Part shown: piece after piece, positions 30,399-40,985 of the stretch
Layout: the number at the start of each line of letters is the position of its first letter
Numbering within the stretch: position 1 is the first letter of the stretch
Source of the DNA: a virus
Strand: one strand, 5' to 3'
DNA: 64,000 bases
IMG/VR virus record: IMGVR_UViG_3300030202_002990
Location: 18,354 to 82,353 of that record
The notes under the pieces: model-generated
Database searches by the model: none
What the model was told of the DNA's origin: nothing
The model's input: the letters and a program-made list of their open reading frames with translations, nothing else
Program-made: the position numbers and the translations under genes

Positions 30399-30926
30399 CT
30401 AATCCATTAAAAATATTTCTTGTGAGTCTATCAATGTAGACTCTATACTCCAATATAATTTCATCCAACTACCACTACCCTTATTTTGCATTACTTTTAC
30501 AGGTGTTAATGTGTTGTAGAAATAACCTAAACTATCAACCATAGAAACTTTATCTGTTGTCCATCTCAATGTATCTACATTTACATCCATCGTATCTCTG
30601 TTACCAAAGTTATCATACCATATAGCTTTATTTCTTCTGTTTGGTAATAATTTGTAATGTCCACTTGAATCATCCTCATCCCAATACATATTACTCCACC
30701 AATGAACAACTAATCTATCAACAGGTACACCATCTCCTGATTCTAAATGTCCCCATATTGGTGCTGGTGTAATCCATAGATTGTCTTGTATTTCAATTCT
30801 ATTTACTCTTAACATCGTTACGATTATATTGGCTTCATTTGGTTCTTCTATTCTATCATCACAAGTAACCGTTAATGTAGTTAATATCAGAACAATCCAA
30901 ATTATTTTATTCAATTTATTCTCCAA
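30399..30926 (-). CDS. Putative lipoprotein (paralog family with 38001..38561 and 52600..52992)
   Basis: Lipobox-like LTVTC and WWSNMYW motif. Confidence 0.55.
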   Translation of the reverse strand: MENKLNKIIWIVLILTTLTVTCDDRIEEPNEANIIVTMLRVNRIEIQDNLWITPAPIWGHLESGDGVPVDRLVVHWWSNMYWDEDDSSGHYKLLPNRRNKAIWYDNFGNRDTMDVNVDTLRWTTDKVSMVDSLGYFYNTLTPVKVMQNKGSGSWMKLYWSIESTLIDSQEIFLMD

Positions 30927-32112
30927 TCAAATGTGGTCTCGCCTCTAATTGTCCTGCACTTGTTACTTCTACAAACTCTACTTTACTATGAAACTCAGAA
31001 AGATTGTTAGCACCAACATAACTGAAACTGCTAGAAATTCCATCTTTAATATCTGATAATATTCTATAGACTTTCCCCTTATACGGTATAACTTTATGAT
31101 TCCCTTCAACATTCTTATCATTTCCTTTTGAGTCCCTTGAGGCGGAACCCCTATACTTTTTAAATAATTTTTCGTTAGGCCATTGTCCTTGTTTTTCTAT
31201 TTGACCTGGACTTTCTTTGGTGCCCGAAAGTAACGAACCAACCATGATGGTGTCAGCTCCACAACCAAGTCCTTTAGCCACATCACCCACATTCCGAATA
31301 CCACCATCAGCAATGATAGGAATATCCCAATCGTCAGCAACGGAACAAACATCAATAAGAGTAGTAACCTGAGGTAATCCAACACCAGTCCTGATTCTTG
31401 TTTCACATAGTGAGCCGTTACCGATTCCCACTCTGATGGCGTCAGCACCCTTTTCAGCCAGAAATCGTGCCCCATCACTTGTTGCGATGTTTCCTGCGAC
31501 AACCTCGACATTCGATATTTTACTTTTGATTTTCTCAATGGCTTCTCCTACATTCTTATGATGTCCGTGTGCTACATCAATAAGTAGTACATTACAACCG
31601 TTTAAAACTAATTCTTTAGCCCTCTCTAAGTAGTCTCCCTTGACTCCAATAGCTGCACATAAGGGTCTTTTACTCCAATACTCTTCATCTTTCTTAGCCT
31701 CATCTGCAAACCATAGTAATTCTTCTAAATCTTCAAAATCAGATTTTGTTGGTGGATGGTTCCAAGACATTACACCTCTGTACCAATCTTCATATACTCT
31801 ATGGTGGTCGGTTCTATCTTCATCCTTGTCGCCTATGTTATACCAACTATCCCATTGTCTCCAAACTCTTTTCATTTGTTCGGTTTGTTTTTCAATACTT
31901 TGAAATCTATGTATAACACCAACACCGCCTTGGTCTAACATTTCAGAAGCCATCTTGTATTCTGTAACCGTATCCATAGGAGACGCCACTATTGGTACAC
32001 TCATTGTTGTGTTTTTTGTAAACCTTGTAGAGAGGTCTATATCTTCACGAGATAAAACTTCTGAGTATTTTGGGACGATGTTTACATCATCATATGTTAA
32101 ATATTTTTTCAA
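30916..32112 (-). CDS. guaB: IMP dehydrogenase / GMP reductase family enzyme
   Basis: [32 protein letters not shown] (catalytic Cys), IADGGI, YRGSAS. Confidence 0.9.
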   Translation of the reverse strand: MKKYLTYDDVNIVPKYSEVLSREDIDLSTRFTKNTTMSVPIVASPMDTVTEYKMASEMLDQGGVGVIHRFQSIEKQTEQMKRVWRQWDSWYNIGDKDEDRTDHHRVYEDWYRGVMSWNHPPTKSDFEDLEELLWFADEAKKDEEYWSKRPLCAAIGVKGDYLERAKELVLNGCNVLLIDVAHGHHKNVGEAIEKIKSKISNVEVVAGNIATSDGARFLAEKGADAIRVGIGNGSLCETRIRTGVGLPQVTTLIDVCSVADDWDIPIIADGGIRNVGDVAKGLGCGADTIMVGSLLSGTKESPGQIEKQGQWPNEKLFKKYRGSASRDSKGNDKNVEGNHKVIPYKGKVYRILSDIKDGISSSFSYVGANNLSEFHSKVEFVEVTSAGQLEARPHLIGE

Positions 32113-32836
32113 CTATGCCATTCCTAATTCACTATTTTGGGTGAGTTTTTCAAAATATAAATCTTCTGCCAGGTCTACCAATTCACTAAATTGGTCACCT
32201 GTTAATAATTCTTTTTGACCTTGTAGACTTTGAACATTAAAATGTTCCATTATAAAATCCACAATGATACTATCGATGGGTGATTTTGATTTAGTTTCTA
32301 TCTCTTTTACTCCTATTGTCATTAGAGGTTTTTTCATTCTTTTCTCCCTTTTTACCGAAAATCTTTTCCCAATTATCGGCATACTTTTTGAGGTTTGTTA
32401 TTCTATTCTTGTCACCCTTGCCGGCGTTAGAATGTTTTGGTTGTGTTTTTTTACTCATATTTTTAGAACCATAAAATATACATATAACCTAAACCCATGA
32501 GAATAATTATTATTAATTTGAAATACTCCCACATCTCATCACTTCTTGTAAAAGTTACTTTATTATTTTTTTTATCCATAAAGCTCAAATGAAACCACCC
32601 ACATGGCTATCATATATCCTAATCCTATTCCAATGAATATACCAATTACAATATATTGTATTTTTTCATCATCTGGTATATTTCTAATCATACATTCCAC
32701 TTCTTATCATCTTGATATTCTTTTTTCTTGGTTATACCATCATACAACCATTTAATATACCATCTTACTCTTGCACCAAGTTCCATATCATTAGGGTATT
32801 TATCAACCATATCTCTTATTATTTGTCTTACACTTT

Positions 32837-33424
32837 TCATAAGCAACACCTTTTATATTTTTTACCACTACCACAATAACAAGGTTCATTACGACCAATC
32901 GATTTTTTTGTTACTATTGGTTTTGGTTTATTCTCTCTATCATGAATAGTATTACCCATTAGGTGGTCAATTTCGTGTTGGACACATATAGCCTCTAACA
33001 ATCTTTGTTCTTGGTCTTGCTTCTTACCGTCTTCTTCCCAAGTTCCTTTAACTTCTTTACCAGTTTCTACTCCACTAAAATACCATTCACTTTCTTCTTG
33101 TTCTGTTTTAATAATTATGTTCTTGTATCTTTTTGTGTGTAAACCTCGTTTTGGATAACTTAAACAGCCTTCGTAGTAATCTACTTCGTCCCATTGTTCC
33201 TTGATTTTTGGGTTAATGAGAACCAAAGGTTCAATAACATTGACAACGGCCACTTGTGCATCAATTCCCACTTGATTCGCTGCCAACCCAATACCGTCCC
33301 CTCTTTTGTTAAGTATCTGAAATAATTCTGTGGCAATAACTCTTCCTTCTTCAACCGACACCTCTTTTAATTTTTTATTAATTAAGATATTACTATTTTT
33401 TGTACAATCGATTACTTTACGCAT
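32837..33424 (-). CDS. def: Peptide deformylase with C-terminal SEC-C motif
   Basis: [24 protein letters not shown], then [18 protein letters not shown]. Confidence 0.93.
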   Translation of the reverse strand: MRKVIDCTKNSNILINKKLKEVSVEEGRVIATELFQILNKRGDGIGLAANQVGIDAQVAVVNVIEPLVLINPKIKEQWDEVDYYEGCLSYPKRGLHTKRYKNIIIKTEQEESEWYFSGVETGKEVKGTWEEDGKKQDQEQRLLEAICVQHEIDHLMGNTIHDRENKPKPIVTKKSIGRNEPCYCGSGKKYKRCCL

Positions 33425-35156
33425 AACATCCCATATCTACTTCGTCAATATATTCAACTTTGTCTTGTTGAGTATTACACGAGTTCATCTGTAAAATAAG
33501 TAGTAATATAAAAATATTCTTCACTTTTCTTTATAACCTGATGTTTGGTTTACATCTATTTCCGAAATGTATTGTTTAAATCTACCACACTCATCACAAA
33601 AAATTGGTTCAATAGAAATCGTTGATGAGTAATCACGAAGCTTTTGTTCTATATAACCCTCTATCAATTTCCAATCTTCCTTATTACCTTTCATCATGGA
33701 TGTGTGATTTTTTGATTCTCCACAACATTTAGTTTTGTTTTCACTATCATCGTATTTTGGATTTTTCTTTTTCTCAAAATATGCCCTATCAATTTTTACC
33801 ATTTACTTCCTCAATACATTTTTCATTTTAATTAAACTATAAAATTCATATAACTCATTACACATCTGTAGTTCTTTCTTTGTCAAAGTCTTACCATCAC
33901 CTAACATAAAATCTAACTTAGATACAAACTTTAAATCATCTTTCCACTCTGATATAAACTCACCCCAACCTTGAGGTTGTGACATTCGTGGTGGTATGAT
34001 ATAATCAGTACCAGGATTACCAGGATTGGTTGGATATTTGTTATCCTCTGCCCATACAATCATAGTATGGTTCAAATGTTTTATCTTCTTATGAATTTCT
34101 GTCAATCTTCTTTCTTTACCCAAACACCTCTAAGGTATTCTTTTAACAATCCGTTTTCTGCCCTTCTACGAGTTTTATAATCCTCAAAGGATTCATTCTC
34201 AAGTCTTTTAGGTCCTTGTAAACCAGCTGATATTTGGTATCTTTCTTCTAAATACAATTCCTTTGTAATGTATTTTTGTCTTTCCTTACCTTCACCTGGT
34301 TTTGTAATTGGTTTCATTGGTCTCATTGTCATTATGTTACTCCCATATCCTTGCTAGTCTACGAACAAAACCAAGTGTGGCTCCGAACCCAAACGCTATT
34401 CCTGCTATTTGTAATTCACCCCAATACATTGCTATTGAAGCAAGTAAGTATGCGGTAAATCTAAAAACTCCATAAATTGAAAACTCACTTTGAGCTTGGA
34501 GTGCTTCTCTTCTTGTCATTATAACTCCTTAAAAGTTAGGTTTATTATTATTTTTTGAAATCTCATTTGCTATGTATAGTAAAATACACACCACTAAAAA
34601 CTCAAACATCTTTTTTCCGTTGTATTCGTTTGGCTTCGATATCTATAAGATACCACATAACCAAACATCCTACAAACATAATGGTAAACATTATCACTCT
34701 TTAACTTCTTTTAAAGAACCTAAGTGAATACCAGTATGTTTTAGATACAATTTAGCATCTTCTTTATCTTTAGCTAAAAATGTATAACCTTCATCGGTTG
34801 TCCACTTTTTCATATGTGACCAACCCTCTTTATTTTTCTTTGACATTTATTGTCTCCTTGTATAATTCATCGATTGATTTTGCATCACCACCTTGTTTTA
34901 TCAAGGCCTCTTTTCTTGTCATTATTGTCATTGGAACATCGGATAGATTTAATGGTCTACCATATAAATCACACATAACCTTTTGTTCTAACCATTCTTT
35001 TTTAGACATTTATTTTATCCTTTATGTAATGTATTATATCACTAATGTAAATTGCTATTATTGTAAAGAGTCCAAACCCACTTACTAAAACACTTGGGTG
35101 TGATTCTCCACACAACCCTAAAAAGTGTTTAAAGAAATGTATTAAAGATTCGAACA

Positions 35157-35603
35157 TTACTTATCTCCGAATTGATGGTTTAAGAAATCCTTTTGTTTCT
35201 TAACTGCTTTCTTTAGTTCTGCTCTTTTTTCTGCTTCACGGGCTACAAGAATCTCTTGTTTACTTCTCCGTTTGGTTTTCTTCTTCTTAGGTGGTACTAC
35301 CTTAGTAGGTTTCAATGTACCCTTTAACTTAGGTTGTTCCTTACCCAAGTGATAAACCGTTCCATCTTTATCTACAAACTCTTTCATCCAATGCCATCCA
35401 GCTGGTCTACCAGTAGGTGTATATGATGGTTTAGAAGTTTCAGGAAATTTCTTGTGAAGCATTCCTGTCAAAGCTCTACTACCAATAACAGACTTACAAT
35501 CTGTACTGACATTTTTTACTGATTCACCAGTAATTTTACAATCCATGTACGCTACTCCACCTATGAAGTAACCACCATTTTTTTCAAATGTACTTTTAGC
35601 CAT
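35157..35603 (-). CDS. Basic hypothetical phage protein
   Basis: 'GRPAGWHWMKEFVDKDGTVYHLGKEQPKLKGTL' and Lys-rich tail. Confidence 0.55.
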   Translation of the reverse strand: MAKSTFEKNGGYFIGGVAYMDCKITGESVKNVSTDCKSVIGSRALTGMLHKKFPETSKPSYTPTGRPAGWHWMKEFVDKDGTVYHLGKEQPKLKGTLKPTKVVPPKKKKTKRRSKQEILVAREAEKRAELKKAVKKQKDFLNHQFGDK

Positions 35604-35944
35604 TTAGTTTTCCTCTCTGTTGTTATTTAATTCTATGTAAGGTATATTTCTATCGAATAGTATTTCATAACTTAATTCGATATCCCTTTCTTGTTTAATA
35701 TTCTCTAACCTATTAGATATAGCAGTTTCAATCTTTTTAGCCTGTGGTGTAAAATCATATCTACTATATACACTTGACCACACAGGAAAATCCTTTGGTA
35801 CTTTTTTTATTTTAACAATTACCTTACCCTCATCGTAATATTCTTTGAAGGTTGTTACAGATACTCTGAATCCCATTTTGTTCATCATCGGTGAAAGTTC
35901 TTTACGATACTCTGTCGCAAAAGATTTAGCTTCTTGAAAATACA

Positions 35945-36193
35945 TTATTTATTCCCTTTAGTTAGTTTTTCAAATTTTTTATTTTGTATTTGAATTATAT
36001 GTTTACATTTAGATATTTTATGTCTTCTACGAAAAGTAAATGCTGGACAACTACAACTCCATTCAACTCTACTTCTATCAAATGTAATCTTATATGGTTT
36101 TCCCTCTATACTATGAACCTCTCTATCATAGTCATCAAGGATAATCCCATCAAACTTATCTACTATGTAATCTATTAATTGTTGATTTGTCAT
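35945..36193 (-). CDS. SWIM zinc-finger protein
   Basis: WSCSCPAF...CKHI. Confidence 0.8.
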   Translation of the reverse strand: MTNQQLIDYIVDKFDGIILDDYDREVHSIEGKPYKITFDRSRVEWSCSCPAFTFRRRHKISKCKHIIQIQNKKFEKLTKGNK

Positions 36194-36198
36194 ATACG

Positions 36199-36227
36199 AA
36201 CTTACGAATAATATTTGATAAAGTCAA
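36199..36227 (-). promoter_or_regulatory. Sigma70-type promoter
   Basis: TTGACT-17 nt-TAAGTT, ATG 5 nt downstream. Confidence 0.7.
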
Positions 36228-36235
36228 GGCTTTTT

Positions 36236-37183
36236 TTAAAAAAATTTATTATCTTCATTACTAACATTGTCCAACCATTCTTTTCCCAAGTTACAAAACT
36301 TAGAATCTAATTCACCAATTATAAAATTTCTATTTAGATTTTTACAACTTACAGCTGTACTACACGAACCACCAAAAAAGTCTAATACAATATCACCTTC
36401 ATTTGTACCACACTCTATTATTCTATTCATCAGTTTTAATGGTTTTTGTGTTGGGTGAAATTTAATCTTTCTATATTCTCTATCATAGAAATTAATATCA
36501 TCAAATACATCAGTTACACCAGTTGGTGTATTGAATTTATACACGATATCTTCATACTTTGGTAATCCACCAAATAAAGTACTTAGTTTTTCCCAATCTA
36601 CTTTCGTAGGTTCTTGTAAGGTTTTTTGTCTCAATCCTGCTATACTACTCCAAGTACCACCACCATTACTAGCCTTTCCAAGATACTCATTAATTTCTTT
36701 TGATGTTAGGTTTAGCCTTTCTCTGTGAGATTGTAGTAACTCTCTTATGTAGTTTTTACTATCTACATAATAGAAGTTACAATGTTCAGTTGTGGTTGGA
36801 TACATTTTTAATTTATCTGATATCCTACCAGCTGCACTTTGTAATCCTTTCCAAATAACTATATCTTGTTTGAATGTAAAACCATTATTCTCAAAATTAT
36901 TTATCAATTTCATCAATTGATATGAAAAACCAAATATGTAAAATGAACCACTCCGTTTCAAAACTCTCTTAGATTCACTTATCCACTCTTCACACCATTC
37001 AACATAATCATCAATAGTTTTCCATTGTCTATCCCACTTTTCATTTACAACATTCATATATGGTGGGTCAATAACAATACAATCTATCGACTTGTCAGGT
37101 AGTTGATTTAACAACTCAATACAATCGGAGTTGTGTATTTTGTTTATATGTTTATCTACTGAGTTCACCTCGTTCCTTTCCAA
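36236..37183 (-). CDS. DNA methyltransferase (N4/N6, beta class)
   Basis: DPPY, HPTQKP, DFFGGS. Internal HTH-like insertion. Confidence 0.9.
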   Translation of the reverse strand: MERNEVNSVDKHINKIHNSDCIELLNQLPDKSIDCIVIDPPYMNVVNEKWDRQWKTIDDYVEWCEEWISESKRVLKRSGSFYIFGFSYQLMKLINNFENNGFTFKQDIVIWKGLQSAAGRISDKLKMYPTTTEHCNFYYVDSKNYIRELLQSHRERLNLTSKEINEYLGKASNGGGTWSSIAGLRQKTLQEPTKVDWEKLSTLFGGLPKYEDIVYKFNTPTGVTDVFDDINFYDREYRKIKFHPTQKPLKLMNRIIECGTNEGDIVLDFFGGSCSTAVSCKNLNRNFIIGELDSKFCNLGKEWLDNVSNEDNKFF

Positions 37184-37952
37184 ATGATTTTTTATTCATG
37201 ATTTCTTCCACAGATAGTTTATAGAATTTCTCATCACCAATTTCAGGTTCTTTGTTCTCTGTATTTAAATAGTTTATTTCAACTCCATCCTTCGAAATAG
37301 TTGCGTCAAGATGAAGACATGGTGAAGACCTATAGAAATCTTGTCCAAGAGGCATAAAATTTATACCATTACTTTTTGGTGAATTGAATTGTCTTGTGGC
37401 GTATTCGGTCAAGTATTTATCTTTGGTTTCTATGAACCAACTTCTCAGGTGAAACACCCTACATTCAGAATCAAATGTTTCAGGTTCTAATAGAGTCAAT
37501 CTATAACCTTTCATCTCATCAATATACTCAAGGTGAGACTTTGATGCGATACCGAATCTTGAATCCTTTGAGTATTTACCCAAATCCTCTGAACCACAAA
37601 CTGGACATTTAGAAAGGAAGAACATAACCTTTTTATAGTTCCAAATTTTCTTACCATTTTTATTAACACGACCATCCCAAGTTTTACAACTATTACAATT
37701 TCTTGATTGTAAACGATTTGAGAATTTACTTTCCCCCTTGTCGTATGTATCCCAACCACTTCCACCACTTCCCATACATAGAGTGTCATACATACATGCG
37801 TGTAACATCTCTGTGAAACTATCCCCTAACGGGTCAAATGGTTGGTTGTATCTTTGGTGAAATTTTATACCAACTTCGATATCACCAAGTTGATATTCGA
37901 GAAGTTCTTTAACTTCTTGTTTTTTATCTTTCATAATAACCTCATTAATCAT
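37152..37952 (-). CDS. Type II restriction endonuclease-like (MamI family-like)
   Basis: GSGGSGWD..DKGESKFSNR.Q...CxxC...CPxCGS...DSRF pattern, overlapping the MTase gene. Confidence 0.6.
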   Translation of the reverse strand: MINEVIMKDKKQEVKELLEYQLGDIEVGIKFHQRYNQPFDPLGDSFTEMLHACMYDTLCMGSGGSGWDTYDKGESKFSNRLQSRNCNSCKTWDGRVNKNGKKIWNYKKVMFFLSKCPVCGSEDLGKYSKDSRFGIASKSHLEYIDEMKGYRLTLLEPETFDSECRVFHLRSWFIETKDKYLTEYATRQFNSPKSNGINFMPLGQDFYRSSPCLHLDATISKDGVEINYLNTENKEPEIGDEKFYKLSVEEIMNKKSFGKERGELSR

Positions 37953-37957
37953 ATATG

Positions 37958-37987
37958 AATATAATACTAAAAACCTATACGAGTCAA
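37958..37987 (-). promoter_or_regulatory. Repeated early promoter (class A)
   Basis: TTGACTCGTATAGG...TATATT with 18-nt spacer. Confidence 0.75.
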
Positions 37988-38000
37988 GTCTTTTTTTAAA

Positions 38001-38561
38001 TTATTTTAAAATAATTTTTATTGAATCGGTTTCCCAACTTGTATACCAACCACCCCAACTATACCAAATTGTCATCGTATCTCCAATCATGGATTGTACA
38101 GGTGCTATCATTGTATTTACTTCACCATCTGAATTACTATAACTGGCTGGATTGATTGTAGGTACTTCTTGTCCATCAAAACCAACAACATAGGATGTAT
38201 CATAGCTAACCCATTCTAAATCATCGGTCAAACCTTGTCTAATCCAAAAACCTAATGTGTCTCCGAGAGTCCAATAATGTGAAGATTCCCATTCTACCCT
38301 ACAACTCACAACGGGCTGATTTGTAGCAGAATCTACAATAGAACCACTTAGTCTATGTAGTGTTTGCCAATTAGTTGTATCGATATTCAAATGATAATAA
38401 CCATTTCCATCTTGTTCTAATCTTGGGTTTTCATCAAACCAAAATGTTTGTGAAAATGGTTCATCAGGTGTTTCAATAACCTCATCAACAGGTTCCAACA
38501 TAAAGTTAGAATCACTACAACCAATTAAAAATAAAAATAATATTGGAATAAACCTAAACAT
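38001..38561 (-). CDS. Lipoprotein (Ig-like, paralog family)
   Basis: Lipobox LIGC, WESSHYW, NPASYSNSDGEVNTM. Confidence 0.65.
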   Translation of the reverse strand: MFRFIPILFLFLIGCSDSNFMLEPVDEVIETPDEPFSQTFWFDENPRLEQDGNGYYHLNIDTTNWQTLHRLSGSIVDSATNQPVVSCRVEWESSHYWTLGDTLGFWIRQGLTDDLEWVSYDTSYVVGFDGQEVPTINPASYSNSDGEVNTMIAPVQSMIGDTMTIWYSWGGWYTSWETDSIKIILK

Positions 38562-38919
38562 AATACTCTCCTATTGTTTCTTGTAAATTACCATACATTA
38601 AAAGTGCTGTTAAAAGTTCCTCATCATTATCTGTCCATTCATCATTGGGTTTATCTTCCCAAAGAATCTCACCAGTATCATGATTGTAAATTTGATGAAC
38701 CATAACATCCCCATCATCTTCATACCAAACAACAGACAATGTAAATATTTGAGTATACTCATTTTCAGGTATAAAACCTAACTCATTCATAAGGTCAATC
38801 AATGGAACATTTAATATTTTATGTTTCCCATCAACATAGACATCCTTACCGAGTAAGTATTGTTTTCCATATAGTGTTTCTTGATAATTCATTTTTTAAC
38901 TCCTTTTAATTTCTACAAG

Positions 38920-38949
38920 AATATACGGTAAAAACTATATACGAGTCAA
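38920..38949 (-). promoter_or_regulatory. Repeated early promoter (class A)
   Basis: TTGACTCGTATA...TATATT with 18-nt spacer. Confidence 0.75.
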
Positions 38950-38958
38950 GTCTTTTCT

Positions 38959-39345
38959 TTACTTTTTTTGATATTTTGATAAATCCAAATTAGGTAAGGG
39001 TTTTTCTATTTTTAAATCCTTGAGTTTTGAATTTGCTACAACTAATTTTGCACCACCTACTATTTGTCCATTGACAACATGATAGATAAAGAATACAGTT
39101 TTCCACAAACCGACTCTTACGATACGGCCGGGCTCACCATCGACTTCAACGACATCATCTTCGTTGTAATCATTTCCAAGAAAAACCATTATACCATCAA
39201 CGGCTTCTCGTATGGTGTTTTGAAATAATAAGACCACGATACCTGAAGCAAATAACCAACCATACTCACCGATTAGGGCTTGTAATTGAGCTTCCATTTG
39301 AGTTCCTCTGTTGCTGGTTTTATGACCTTGTGGGAGAACACCCAC
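38959..39345 (-). CDS. Small MscS-like (mechanosensitive channel beta-domain) protein
   Basis: TM helix followed by DDVVEVDGEPGRIVRVGLWKTVF...VVANSKL. Real start is probably MEAQL. Confidence 0.6.
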   Translation of the reverse strand: MGVLPQGHKTSNRGTQMEAQLQALIGEYGWLFASGIVVLLFQNTIREAVDGIMVFLGNDYNEDDVVEVDGEPGRIVRVGLWKTVFFIYHVVNGQIVGGAKLVVANSKLKDLKIEKPLPNLDLSKYQKK

Positions 39346-39364
39346 TAATATATAAATATCTAAG

Positions 39365-39631
39365 TTATTTTTTAAAACCTAACAATTTTAAATTATGTGA
39401 TATAAAACCACCTATCTCAGGTTTACCACATTTACTTCTATATATGTTTTCTAATCTCGTCCAAGGACAATCCAATGTCCTACTGAATCCCAAGTGCATT
39501 ATCCAAGCACATATTGGAAATGATATCCAAAATGGTTCATTCAATAACACTAAAGGTATTGTTACTATGGTTGATATTAAGAATAACCAATGTAATAATT
39601 GAATTATAAATAATATTATATGATTTATCAT
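39365..39631 (-). CDS. Small membrane protein (DUF2784-like)
   Basis: LH...CPWTRLEN..R...G....GFI.H pattern. Confidence 0.55.
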   Translation of the reverse strand: MINHIILFIIQLLHWLFLISTIVTIPLVLLNEPFWISFPICAWIMHLGFSRTLDCPWTRLENIYRSKCGKPEIGGFISHNLKLLGFKK

Positions 39632-40590
39632 TTGTTATGTACTATTGCCCCTCGACCAAAAGTTTTAGTTGGTTTTTCTTCGGGTTCGAATACTCCACCA
39701 CCTGGTTCCTCTTCTTCTTGTGTAACCTTTTTAGACTTTTTTACTTCTTCCTTTTCAGGTTTAAATGTTTCCGTTACAACCTTCTCTATCATAGATTTAC
39801 CTTCTTTATATAATCCAAGTCGTTTAGGTTTCTTTTTCTGTTTTTCTGTTTTTTCAGATTCATCAGGGCCCTGTTCATCTCTCATCCTAACTTGTAGCGT
39901 AAGGTTGTAAGATATGACCAATACAACAGCAAGTGGGTCGAATACTGCTATTAACATAAAGATAAAATACTTAACAACCGTATCCACATCTGTGTTGAAT
40001 ACTCTCGCAAGAAATATTGCAGGTCCTACATCAACACCAGTTTCTACCAAGGCTATCTTCAAGTCACCAACCTCTTGTTTAAGATTCATCATATCCTCAT
40101 TGATTTGATTTATCTTTGGTTGGTATTCCTCTCTGAGTTTTCTTTTAGCAGTTCTGTAATTATCTGGTAGTTCGTCAACAGCCGCTTCCAACTCTTCTTT
40201 TAAGAATTTTTTATCTTCTGTTAGTTGGTCTAACCTATCTTGTTTATATAATAGGGCAGTCGATTCCTTTTCGAATGATGCTGTAGCACCTTGATAGGCA
40301 TTCGATAGAAAGCCAAAGATACCAGCACTCGTTATCACCACAAGAGTTACCACTCCTATGATTAAATAAGTTTTCATGAATCGATTTATATCATCCCAAT
40401 ATCTGTATAGGAATGATGCTGTTACCAACTTGGCAAACTCAAGTGAACCAGCCATGATTACTACTGCTAAGGCCGCTCCACTAAAGAGTTTTGATAAACC
40501 AAATACTGAATAAAACGCTGCTGAACCTGCGACTAAAAATGCCGCAAGGCCAACTAAATATGGAAATAACCTACTATTCTTAGTTTCCAC
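39628..40590 (-). CDS. Multi-TM coiled-coil phage protein
   Basis: AAFYSVFGLSKLFSGA...LEFAKLV...ITSAGIFGFLS...VFDPLAV. Confidence 0.6.
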   Translation of the reverse strand: METKNSRLFPYLVGLAAFLVAGSAAFYSVFGLSKLFSGAALAVVIMAGSLEFAKLVTASFLYRYWDDINRFMKTYLIIGVVTLVVITSAGIFGFLSNAYQGATASFEKESTALLYKQDRLDQLTEDKKFLKEELEAAVDELPDNYRTAKRKLREEYQPKINQINEDMMNLKQEVGDLKIALVETGVDVGPAIFLARVFNTDVDTVVKYFIFMLIAVFDPLAVVLVISYNLTLQVRMRDEQGPDESEKTEKQKKKPKRLGLYKEGKSMIEKVVTETFKPEKEEVKKSKKVTQEEEEPGGGVFEPEEKPTKTFGRGAIVHNK

Positions 40591-40802
40591 ACTTTTTCTC
40601 CGTTAGTTAATCTTCTATTTCTATTAGGTTTTGTATTCTCTCTACAAGTTGTTCGATATTTGACATTTCCCTAAAGAAAATATCAGGTGGAATTGTTGCA
40701 CCATTTGGGCCTATATAATTCGCCTTCAATCGTTCAACTTGTGTTTGTAACTGGTCGAGTTTAGTTTCGATTTGGTCTTTTCTTAACATAATTTACTTTA
40801 CT

Positions 40803-40985
40803 TTACTTTGCTTCTTCAACTGAAGCTTTACGATACTCAGTAACAAGTTTCTTAATTTCACCGATAGATTTTCTAGCTCTTCCACCAGCCGCTTTATTAC
40901 CCCTTTCAGCATTTACTTTATGGTTTTCTTCAAATGATTCCCATAATTCACTTAACTGATTGAATAATTCATTACTTGTTGCCAT
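40803..40985 (-). CDS. Histone H1-like (Hc1-type) nucleoid protein
   Basis: GNKAAGGRARKSIGEIKKLVTEYRKASV. Confidence 0.75.
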   Translation of the reverse strand: MATSNELFNQLSELWESFEENHKVNAERGNKAAGGRARKSIGEIKKLVTEYRKASVEEAK

